The notes under the pieces are model-generated. The model did no database searches. It was given only the letters and a program-made list of their open reading frames with translations, and was not told where the DNA came from. A stretch of 64,000 nt of DNA from IMG/VR virus record IMGVR_UViG_3300004457_000028, positions 39,295 through 103,294 of that record. One strand, written 5' to 3'. Shown piece after piece: positions 26,753-35,172 of the stretch. The first letter of the stretch is position 1. Each line of letters starts with the position of its first letter. Made by a program: the position numbers and the translations under genes. The DNA is from a virus.

Positions 26753-27948
26753 TGGGTCAAGTCTATGTTATCCGTAAAGAGGCTGGTGTAGCGTTATCGC
26801 CCGGTGGTATTCAGCAAATATGGATGCCGGGTCAATCAAACGAACCTCAACGATTCGCTGGTGTTACTGGTGGTATCGGTAACTTACAACGACACCCAGT
26901 AACTAATCAATACGAAGCAGCACCAATTATGAGTGAACCTGATGATAAAGGTAGACAGACCGAACTCGGTCATCGTGCAGGTGACATATACGGCGCAAGA
27001 GGTCTAAACATTAACCCAAAGTTCAATCAAAATCTCTCTTTTGGCCCAGTAACTGCTGAACAAGCACCTATACACGAGGCTCAACAAAGAGTGTTTGACC
27101 GAAGTGCAAGGTATGGTCAAACAGGTGCTAATGTCGGGAGAGGACTTGCTGCTGGTATTGGTGTTTTAGCAGGTGCTGTGAATCTCGCAAACGCTGGTGC
27201 TCAAGGTCAAGATGCTATTACTGGTGGATTAGGTGCTGCTCAAATGGGTAGTATGGCTTACCAACAAGGTAAGAAACCATTAGCCGAAGCAGGGGGTGAA
27301 GTTGGAGCACAAGTTGGTGCTCGTAGTGTTGGTGTAACTAAACCTGAAGTTGCTTCACCGAACCCAGTTGCTGTAGCACCTCCTACTAACACTCATACTG
27401 AAGATGAAATGACAAACATGCGGTCAGGAAAAGAAGTCACAATGTCTACAGACAGGCATGGGAATCCAGTTCCGTTTACCAGCGAGGCCGCACGAAGAGG
27501 TGCTAAGCATAGAAGTGACCTAAACATAGGTAGGAATGTAGACCCCGATACAAACCAGTCACCAGTAGACCACATGGGTATGCCTACGGCAGTAGGAGTT
27601 GAAGAGACAGGTATGGTAACTGGTGGTGGTGACCAATCTACATGGCCGACTGGTTCTCAACAAGGGGATGAACAAGCACAAGCAGCGGCTAATAAAGTTC
27701 AAGTCGCTCCAGCAACTACCAACACTTCTCAACAAACAGTGTCGCAAAGCGCCGCTGCAATCGCTGCTGAAACTGGTCAAGGACAGTTACCCGGAGCACC
27801 CGACCCCAATGCTAATTCCGCTGCGGCTGATGTGATTGCTGCAAACACAACTGCTGCTGAGGCTATGAGTGGTAAAAAGCCCAGTTCAACAGACCATTCT
27901 ATAGTCAATCAATCTTTCAATCCTATGCGATTCATCGGGGTGATTTGA
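26752..27948 (+). CDS. Putative ejection/internal protein with Gly-zipper helix
   Basis: MGQVYVIRKE; GRGLAAGIGVLAGAVNLANAG. Confidence 0.65.
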   Translation: MGQVYVIRKEAGVALSPGGIQQIWMPGQSNEPQRFAGVTGGIGNLQRHPVTNQYEAAPIMSEPDDKGRQTELGHRAGDIYGARGLNINPKFNQNLSFGPVTAEQAPIHEAQQRVFDRSARYGQTGANVGRGLAAGIGVLAGAVNLANAGAQGQDAITGGLGAAQMGSMAYQQGKKPLAEAGGEVGAQVGARSVGVTKPEVASPNPVAVAPPTNTHTEDEMTNMRSGKEVTMSTDRHGNPVPFTSEAARRGAKHRSDLNIGRNVDPDTNQSPVDHMGMPTAVGVEETGMVTGGGDQSTWPTGSQQGDEQAQAAANKVQVAPATTNTSQQTVSQSAAAIAAETGQGQLPGAPDPNANSAAADVIAANTTAAEAMSGKKPSSTDHSIVNQSFNPMRFIGVI

Positions 27949-29432
27949 TGGCTAAGCGTGAAGATGAAGCACAGATGAAAGAACTCATCGTTGAAATGGA
28001 CACGAAGATGTCCAAGCGCTCTTTCAAGTATTTCTTTGAAACAGTGTTGGGTTTTGATTACGCAGGGCATCACGAATCTTGGAATGTAGGATTAGAAGAT
28101 AACCGCTACTACTGTGTTAAAGCAAGTCGTGACCACGGTAAGTCTGTTTTCTTTATGTCCTACGCTCTTTGGTTAGCGGCTTTCAAACCAAATACACACA
28201 TTATGATTTTCTCTCACTCTCTTGAACAAACGCTGGAACACATGCGTTTTATTCGTAACAACATAGACGGTGCTGCTTGTCTACAACATCTCAAACCCGG
28301 TGGTATACCTTGGCGTAAAACCTACTTTGAGTTCACTAACGGTAGCCGTATCATGGCTAAGTCTGTCGGTGGAGCAACTCGTGGTTTCCACCCTGATGTT
28401 GTTGTATGTGATGACATTTTATCAGGAACAACTGGTAGTGAACTTCAGCGTGCAGCCGATTGGTTCTATGGTGTTCTTCTACCTGTTCTCCACCACGAAG
28501 GAAAACTCATGATGGTGGGGACTCCGTTTAGTTACAACGATTTGTATGCTGAGTTAGAGAGAAAAGAAACATTTCAAGTGGAGACATATCCCGCTATCAA
28601 CAAAGAAGGTAAACCTCTTTGGCCTGACCGTTGGAGTTTAGAGGCTTTGAACGACAGACGATTATCTATGCCAGCAATTCAATTTACTCGTGAGTATCTT
28701 TGTGAACCAATCCACGATGTTGCGAGTATGTTCCCGATGACTATTCTTGAGAAGGCTCGTGACAGAGAACTCGTGCTTCTTGACCATGCTGAAAACGAAT
28801 ACGACGATAACGGAGACTCTACTGGAATCTTCGGACATCACTTCATTGGATGGGACACTGCAATTGCGTCAGATAAGAATGCTGACTTTACTGCTATGAC
28901 TGTTCTACGACAACCACCCGATGATAATGTAAAACAAATTGTTGGGGTCGTGCATGAGCGTGGAATGAGTTCTGTTGCACAGAAAAGACAAATTATTCTT
29001 TTGAATCAAAGATTTCAACCTGACTTAATTGAACTTGAAGGTAACAACTTTCAGCGTATGTTTGCTATGGAGTTGAATGAAATGCGTGAAGATATTCCCA
29101 TTAGAACATTCATGACAACTCGCACAAGAAAGGAAAGTATCTTCATGTCTTTACTCATGGCTTTTGAACAGGGGCATATCAAAACACCTTATGGTAACGA
29201 ACAGAGTAGGATATTTACTCACAAGTTAGAAGAGGAGTTGAACAGATTTGGTATGCAGAAAAACGGGAGACTGGAAAGCGTGGGTGTGCATGATGACTTG
29301 GCTATGTCTCTTGCTTTGGCTAACTGGGCTACGAAAGAGTTCAGAGGTTCTATCGTCATGCTTGACGACATTCTCCCCGGCCTTGATAACATTATCACAG
29401 GCAAAGGAAACGGCGGGTGGATGATACCATGA
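27945..29432 (+). CDS. terL: Terminase large subunit
   Basis: Walker A ASRDHGKS, Walker B VVVCDD, coupling VGTP, nuclease IGWDTA...HDDLAMSLALA. Confidence 0.95.
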   Translation: MMAKREDEAQMKELIVEMDTKMSKRSFKYFFETVLGFDYAGHHESWNVGLEDNRYYCVKASRDHGKSVFFMSYALWLAAFKPNTHIMIFSHSLEQTLEHMRFIRNNIDGAACLQHLKPGGIPWRKTYFEFTNGSRIMAKSVGGATRGFHPDVVVCDDILSGTTGSELQRAADWFYGVLLPVLHHEGKLMMVGTPFSYNDLYAELERKETFQVETYPAINKEGKPLWPDRWSLEALNDRRLSMPAIQFTREYLCEPIHDVASMFPMTILEKARDRELVLLDHAENEYDDNGDSTGIFGHHFIGWDTAIASDKNADFTAMTVLRQPPDDNVKQIVGVVHERGMSSVAQKRQIILLNQRFQPDLIELEGNNFQRMFAMELNEMREDIPIRTFMTTRTRKESIFMSLLMAFEQGHIKTPYGNEQSRIFTHKLEEELNRFGMQKNGRLESVGVHDDLAMSLALANWATKEFRGSIVMLDDILPGLDNIITGKGNGGWMIP

Positions 29433-29554
29433 AAGAAACAAAAATAGGCGGAAAGAAACACGGAATGGTTTTGGTTATCTCAGTAGGTAGAAAAGGAGAC
29501 AAAGACCCAACTCGTGTTGCCGACCCCGATACTAAGAAAGGTGACAAGAAATGA
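29429..29554 (+). CDS. Small basic protein, 41 aa (not in track)
   Basis: MKETKIGGKKHGMVLVISVG...; ATGA overlaps on both sides. Confidence 0.55.
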   Translation: MKETKIGGKKHGMVLVISVGRKGDKDPTRVADPDTKKGDKK

Positions 29555-30465
29555 GCGATGTTTCAATCTATGAAGTCGGGCCTCGTGATGGATTACAGAA
29601 TATCCAAGAACAAACCCCTACGACTGATAAGATTGATTTAATCCGTAAATTGCGTAACGCTGGACTTCAAGATATTGAGGTTACATCATTTGTCCATCCT
29701 AAACTTGTTCCTAACATGGCTGATGCTGAAGAAGTATTTACAGCAACAAAAGACATTGGTAACTTTAGTGTGTTAATCCCTAATCAAAAAGGATTTGACA
29801 GAGCAAAGGCAGTGGGTGCTGAAAAACTCAATGTTTTCTTTTCAGCATCTGAAATGTTTAATCAAGCCAACTTAGGTAAAAACATGGATGACATTGTGGC
29901 TGAATTAGATTCTATGTTACAAGAAACAGACACAAAAAATGTCAGGGCTTACATCTCTTGTGCATTTGGTGCTCCGAATGAAAAAGTGAATGAGCGTAAA
30001 TTGTTAGAGGCTATTCAAGCAGCAGACCACATGGCTGATTCAGTGGTCTTATGTGACACAATAGGTATAGCCCATCCTTCTTCAGTTCATAGAACTCTTG
30101 AATTAACAAGACACATTGATGCTGATATTGCTTTACATCTACATCATAGAAAAAACAAAAGAGACAACATGTTTCCAAACATTCAAACAGCGTTAGACTG
30201 GGGCGTTACTCAGTTTGATGCAAGTATTGGTGGATTAGGAGGATGCCCCTTTGTAGCAGGTAGTGGGAGTAATCTTTCTACTAATGACATGGTGAGGTTC
30301 TTAGACAACAATGATTACGAAACTGGATTGGTCGTCTCTGACTTAGATGTTATTGCTGATGCTTATGCTACTGAACATTTTACTCCTTACACTCCTTTTC
30401 GTTTGCGTGTTAGAAATAGAGTTGAAAAAATCTTACAAAGTAAGGCAATTAGCAGCAAGTGGTAA
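29551..30465 (+). CDS. Hydroxymethylglutaryl-CoA lyase (DRE-TIM metallolyase)
   Basis: EVGPRDGLQN, SFVHPKLVPNMADA, LCDTIG, HLH, GGLGGCPF. Confidence 0.9.
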   Translation: MSDVSIYEVGPRDGLQNIQEQTPTTDKIDLIRKLRNAGLQDIEVTSFVHPKLVPNMADAEEVFTATKDIGNFSVLIPNQKGFDRAKAVGAEKLNVFFSASEMFNQANLGKNMDDIVAELDSMLQETDTKNVRAYISCAFGAPNEKVNERKLLEAIQAADHMADSVVLCDTIGIAHPSSVHRTLELTRHIDADIALHLHHRKNKRDNMFPNIQTALDWGVTQFDASIGGLGGCPFVAGSGSNLSTNDMVRFLDNNDYETGLVVSDLDVIADAYATEHFTPYTPFRLRVRNRVEKILQSKAISSKW

Positions 30466-30489
30466 ATAGGTCAATCAGGAGGTCAAACT

Positions 30490-31722
30490 ATGTGGGGGTC
30501 AGCATTGATAGAAGACGATTTTGGAGAAGTTCATTCTGTTACCCCTGTTTCCGATGGAGAAGTTCAATCAATTAAAAAGCAACATCATTTTGCTCCAAAC
30601 GGAGATGGTTGGTTTGAAGCGTCTCTTGGTTGTAACGCTGAAACTCTTGTAAAACGCTTGAGAAAAGCACGAAGAAACAATAAAGACAATCGTGAAGAAA
30701 TTGACAGTTTTATCAAAGATGTTAGGAAAATTAAATCTCTTGAAACAGATATGACAATCAAAGCCTTGTCATGGGGAGAGCCTTATGATAATACTATGAA
30801 GCAACTCGGACTCAATGACCGCAAACTCAAGAGTTTGCGTAAGTTTGGTGAATCCCGCAGCGTAAATCTTGAGAGAGCATGTATGCTATGGGATAAGGCC
30901 GAACAGACGCTAAAAATGCTTGACGAGCATGAGGATGTTTGGGGTGTTGAAGAGCAACAAGCGTGGGCTATGGCTATGGGTGACCGAAGTTCGGCTCGTA
31001 AGATGTGGTCAAATGCTTTACATCCAATTGAAAAACTCACAAAGGCGGAACTGTCTTTCTTAGAGTATGCTGCAAAAGAACTCTTAGAAAAAGGCCCAAT
31101 GAAAGTGACTACAATACGCAGTAATTTTTCTGATGCTGGTCTATTAAGAAAATCTCAAACAGATAGAAAACTTACAACTCTTATGAATATGTATGGCGAA
31201 GACATGGATATTGTCAAAGGGGCAGTGAGAGGAACTTATGTTCGTATTTCAAGTGACGGCTTGGTGTTGAAAGATGTGTGGTCTTACAGCGCTGGCTTCA
31301 TTGACGCTGATGGTTACATTACTATTACAGAGCGTGGTGAACCTCGTGCTGGTATGATTGCTACTGGGGACAGAGGTAAAGTTCACTGTGAAGATTTGTT
31401 CAAAACGCTGGAATGCGGTGTGTTGTCTACAGATAATAAAGTCTACAAAGACACCCAAAGAAGCCAACATCGTTTACAATTTTACTCTAAGGCTGATTTA
31501 CGAAAGTTACTTGGAGGGGTGTCACCTCACCTGAAAATGAAGTCTGTTCAAGCAAAGGCAGTTTTGGCTTTCATTGATGAGAAAGATAAAACTCGTAAGC
31601 AAGAACTTAAGCGCTTAGTGCGATACGAGAATTGGAAAGATGACAAAAGAAAATCTCGTGCTTTGTTAGATGGTTGGGGAATTGATATGGACACTATTGG
31701 AAAATACAGGGAGGGGCTATGA
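30490..31722 (+). CDS. Protein with C-terminal LAGLIDADG endonuclease-like domain
   Basis: YSAGFIDADGYITI...LLGGVSPHLKMK. Confidence 0.8.
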   Translation: MWGSALIEDDFGEVHSVTPVSDGEVQSIKKQHHFAPNGDGWFEASLGCNAETLVKRLRKARRNNKDNREEIDSFIKDVRKIKSLETDMTIKALSWGEPYDNTMKQLGLNDRKLKSLRKFGESRSVNLERACMLWDKAEQTLKMLDEHEDVWGVEEQQAWAMAMGDRSSARKMWSNALHPIEKLTKAELSFLEYAAKELLEKGPMKVTTIRSNFSDAGLLRKSQTDRKLTTLMNMYGEDMDIVKGAVRGTYVRISSDGLVLKDVWSYSAGFIDADGYITITERGEPRAGMIATGDRGKVHCEDLFKTLECGVLSTDNKVYKDTQRSQHRLQFYSKADLRKLLGGVSPHLKMKSVQAKAVLAFIDEKDKTRKQELKRLVRYENWKDDKRKSRALLDGWGIDMDTIGKYREGL

Positions 31723-33500
31723 TGGCTGAGGAAAATCAAAGTATTGTCAGTCGTTTTCTCTCTACACTGAGCAGCCCGTTCAGGCGAAGGACTACACCTC
31801 AACCGCAAATGCCTCTGTATACTACTGGTATACAAGAGCCAGTTTTAGCACAAGGTATCACTCTACCAGCACTTTATGCTGTGTCAAATGAGAATCTTAT
31901 TCTTAGAACCGTTATTACAAAACTCGGTCAAGAAGTATTCCGTAGGGGTTACTACTGGGAAAAGAAGTTTCGTATGAAATGTCTTGAATGTGAAGAAGAG
32001 TTTCAACACGAAGTTGATGAATGTCCTACTTGCGGCGGAGATGTTCGTAAACCCGACCCTGACCAAATACTATACGGTAAGTGGTTACTACAACAAGAAA
32101 ACTCTATGGAACAAAGTTTCATGCAAATCCTTCATGAAATTGAGCGTGACTTGAACATCGTAGACGATGCGTTTATGTTAATGATTAAAGAATACTATGT
32201 TGATGAAAAGACTGGTGAAGTTCAGTTTTACAGAGTTAAAGAACTCATTCGTGGTGACCCTATTTTTATGCGAATTATTGCTGACAAGCGTGGAGTCCGT
32301 GGTGGGCGATACAAGATTTGTCGTATTCATCGTAGCGAAATTGCATATCCGGGGCAAGAGCCAAAATGTAAGATATGCGGCGCTCGTTTAGTTGATGCTC
32401 ATTATGTCAATATGGCTGGCTCAGGTAAAAATCAATACTTCATGAAAGGAGAAGTCATTCACCTTTCAAAATACAATCCGGGTAAACTCTACGGGCGTGC
32501 TCCAGTAAATACTCTATGGCGACAAGCCATGACACTCACTGCTATGGATAATTACATTTACACAGCCTATCAAAAGCGTAGGATTCCCAAGGGTATAGTC
32601 AGCGTGACTACAGATAATCTTGAGTCAATGAAGTCTTTTTGGAAAGGCGTTGATGAAAAGATGGAGCGTGACCCTCACTACATTCCTAAAGTTGGTATTG
32701 AATCCGCTTCAGGTCGTGGTGGTGTAAACTGGGTTAAGTTCATGGACACACTTGAAGAAATGCAATACATAGCGGTTCGTGATGAAATACGAAATCGTAT
32801 TGCCGCTTTCTATGGTGTTTCTTCTATTTTTATGATTGATAACGGTAAATCGGGAGGGTTAAACAATGAAGGGTTACAGATTCTTGTTACAAATCGTGCA
32901 GTTGAATACGGACAGAAAGTGTATACAGATGTTTTGTTTCCTCGTATGCTTCGTGAGTTTGATGTTACCGATTGGAAACTTACTCTCTATCCTAACGAAG
33001 AAGAAGACGAGATTACAAGACTTCGCCGTGATGAAATGGAGGTCAATCTTGCACAAAGAATGCAAATGCTTGGGTATGAACCTGAGTTACTTGAAGAAGG
33101 TGACAGAGATGTTCGTTTCAGTTACCGCAAGAAACCACCTCAACCACCTCAACCCGAAGGACAACCGCCTCAGCAACAGAAGCCGGGTGCTATGCCTCCT
33201 CCACAAGCGGGAGGCGGTATGCCTCCAAGACAAGCCATGCCTCCTCCACAAGCGGGAGGCGGTATGCCCCCTCAAATGATGCAAGGTGGTAGAATGCCTC
33301 CTCAGATGATGCCTCCGTCACAACCCGGTGGAGAAGGAATGGGTATTCGGACTCCACGCTCACCAGCAAGACCTGAACAAAGAAGTAGTATGGGTTCGGG
33401 TTCACCAATGAGTAGCGTTCAGCAAAGAGGAGCAGCGCCCAACATACAACAACAAAACTCACAAAGAATCCAAGATAGTAGACGGCCTCGTGGTGCGTAA
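31719..33500 (+). CDS. Portal protein
   Basis: Position; YGRAP, RIAAFYGVSSIF; Zn-ribbon inserts; Pro/Gln tail. Confidence 0.9.
   Translation: MMAEENQSIVSRFLSTLSSPFRRRTTPQPQMPLYTTGIQEPVLAQGITLPALYAVSNENLILRTVITKLGQEVFRRGYYWEKKFRMKCLECEEEFQHEVDECPTCGGDVRKPDPDQILYGKWLLQQENSMEQSFMQILHEIERDLNIVDDAFMLMIKEYYVDEKTGEVQFYRVKELIRGDPIFMRIIADKRGVRGGRYKICRIHRSEIAYPGQEPKCKICGARLVDAHYVNMAGSGKNQYFMKGEVIHLSKYNPGKLYGRAPVNTLWRQAMTLTAMDNYIYTAYQKRRIPKGIVSVTTDNLESMKSFWKGVDEKMERDPHYIPKVGIESASGRGGVNWVKFMDTLEEMQYIAVRDEIRNRIAAFYGVSSIFMIDNGKSGGLNNEGLQILVTNRAVEYGQKVYTDVLFPRMLREFDVTDWKLTLYPNEEEDEITRLRRDEMEVNLAQRMQMLGYEPELLEEGDRDVRFSYRKKPPQPPQPEGQPPQQQKPGAMPPPQAGGGMPPRQAMPPPQAGGGMPPQMMQGGRMPPQMMPPSQPGGEGMGIRTPRSPARPEQRSSMGSGSPMSSVQQRGAAPNIQQQNSQRIQDSRRPRGA
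33192..33268 (+). repeat. 32-bp direct repeat (MPPPQAGGGMP x2) in the portal tail
   Basis: 33192-33223 and 33237-33268 are identical. Confidence 0.85.
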
Positions 33501-33545
33501 GGCTATTTAGGGTGGTATTACTACGACTGCAATAGAGGCGATACT

Positions 33546-33899
33546 ATGGACTTACTCAAGATGAATCCAATGGCACGAAAATTAACTGTTCATACAGATG
33601 CTTTTAACAAAGCATTAGAGAGCAGTGACCCGTTTGCAGCACAGCAACATCTAAATGAAATTATGAAGTTTGCTGGATATTTGAATGAAGATATTCATTC
33701 CGCTGTTGTTAAAGCAGAATCAGAACTTACTACTGTAGTTCAACCCGGAGAAGCAACCATTCTCAAAATGAGCAAGACAGGAGCGAAGTTTGATGTCTCT
33801 CAGCGAAGCGATGTCCTACCCGGCACAATTATGTCTGCACGCACTGGTAATGGTATGCGTAAACATTTCGGAACTTTTGGTCGCTACTCCCCTAAGTGA
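33546..33899 (+). CDS. Head-module hypothetical protein
   Basis: MDLLKM; GAGG RBS. Confidence 0.7.
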   Translation: MDLLKMNPMARKLTVHTDAFNKALESSDPFAAQQHLNEIMKFAGYLNEDIHSAVVKAESELTTVVQPGEATILKMSKTGAKFDVSQRSDVLPGTIMSARTGNGMRKHFGTFGRYSPK

Positions 33900-33910
33900 A
33901 GGTGTCTTAC

Positions 33911-34258
33911 ATGACTGATGAATCTGTTGCAGAGCGTTTAATGAACACTCTAATTTCTAAAATGGAAACAATGGATGGTGACTTACAGATACTTAAAGCG
34001 GAGAATCAACAACTTCGTAATGCAGTAAGTGACCCCATTTCTATGCTACGCAAAGCAGGTTTTGTTCCCACTTCTACTCCACTAAGCCAAGATGTATCTA
34101 CAGATGCATTTAGAGGTGATATTGGAGTTGAAAATCAAATGGACTCAGCATTACTTAAGAGTCAAAATGAATACTCAAACAATGATATTCATTTGATGTC
34201 TTGGGATGAGATACATGAAATGGCTGAACAAGCCAAAGGAACAGAGGTGATACAATGA
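33911..34258 (+). CDS. Scaffold-like small coiled-coil protein
   Basis: C-terminal MSWDEIHEMA matches scaffold MSWEEVHQLA. Confidence 0.65.
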   Translation: MTDESVAERLMNTLISKMETMDGDLQILKAENQQLRNAVSDPISMLRKAGFVPTSTPLSQDVSTDAFRGDIGVENQMDSALLKSQNEYSNNDIHLMSWDEIHEMAEQAKGTEVIQ

Positions 34259-35160
34259 GACCCATACCATCCCCAATAGGAAAATCAGTTATTGATATAA
34301 TGAACAAGGCACAAACCATGATTGAGCGTATTGATGTTCTTTCTAAAGCAAAGAAGTGCAAAGACTGCGGTGATGGTAAGTGCAACTGCAAAGACTGTCC
34401 TGAATGTGGTTCTAAAATGAACAAGATGGGTTGTAAAATGGGCTGTGGTGGCAACAAAATGGCTAAAGGTAGCGATGGCGGGACATTCACCATTGGAGAT
34501 GCACAGAAAAGAAACGCTGGTCAGTCTCCTGAAGATAGAGAAGAAACAGACTACTCACGAGCACCCGGCGAAGATTATGATAGGACAATGCGTGAATATG
34601 ATGAAGCAGAGGCTAATGAAAAACCAATGTCAATGCGTGAAGATACTACTACAGCGAGAACTTTACCTCTTAGCGAAGGCCCATCTCGTGAGCAAAAGCG
34701 TGGAGAGCAAGGTCGTGGGGTTGCGGTTAAAAAGCCGGGATTCCGTAGTGATGAACCTATGCCTTTGAGCGATGAATCAGCATCAGGAAGACCTGAAGAA
34801 GTGAATGCTGAAAGAAGTCGTAGAAAAGATGAACGGAATGCCAGTAATAAAAAGAGTATCTTTGGGCATAGGCAAGCAAGGCGAGTGGCTAAATCCGAAA
34901 GTGGAGCACAGCCGGGATTCAATACTTCATTTGACACTAAGCCTCAAGACATCGCATTTGTCTCAGAAAGCGGTGGTCAAACACGAAACGCTTACTACAC
35001 TACCAATCAACATTTGCTTGATTCAGATGATGTGGCTAACAAAGGTGCAACCTCTGTTTCAGTCAGTCTTGAAAAACTTGCATCTATGCTGAATCCACAT
35101 GAAGGTGGTGGGGCAAGTCGTCTTGATGACGGCGGGGTTCTGAAAAACAACCCCAATTAA
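34255..35160 (+). CDS. Head-module protein with Cys-rich segment
   Basis: KCKDCGDGKCNCKDCPECG... Confidence 0.7.
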   Translation: MRPIPSPIGKSVIDIMNKAQTMIERIDVLSKAKKCKDCGDGKCNCKDCPECGSKMNKMGCKMGCGGNKMAKGSDGGTFTIGDAQKRNAGQSPEDREETDYSRAPGEDYDRTMREYDEAEANEKPMSMREDTTTARTLPLSEGPSREQKRGEQGRGVAVKKPGFRSDEPMPLSDESASGRPEEVNAERSRRKDERNASNKKSIFGHRQARRVAKSESGAQPGFNTSFDTKPQDIAFVSESGGQTRNAYYTTNQHLLDSDDVANKGATSVSVSLEKLASMLNPHEGGGASRLDDGGVLKNNPN

Positions 35161-35172
35161 GGGGTGTTTTGA

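Noticed and set aside
27945-31722. Intein or intron in terminase linked to the LAGLIDADG ORF
   Set aside because: TerL is continuous and normal length; the LAGLIDADG ORF has its own RBS and no splice-junction residues.
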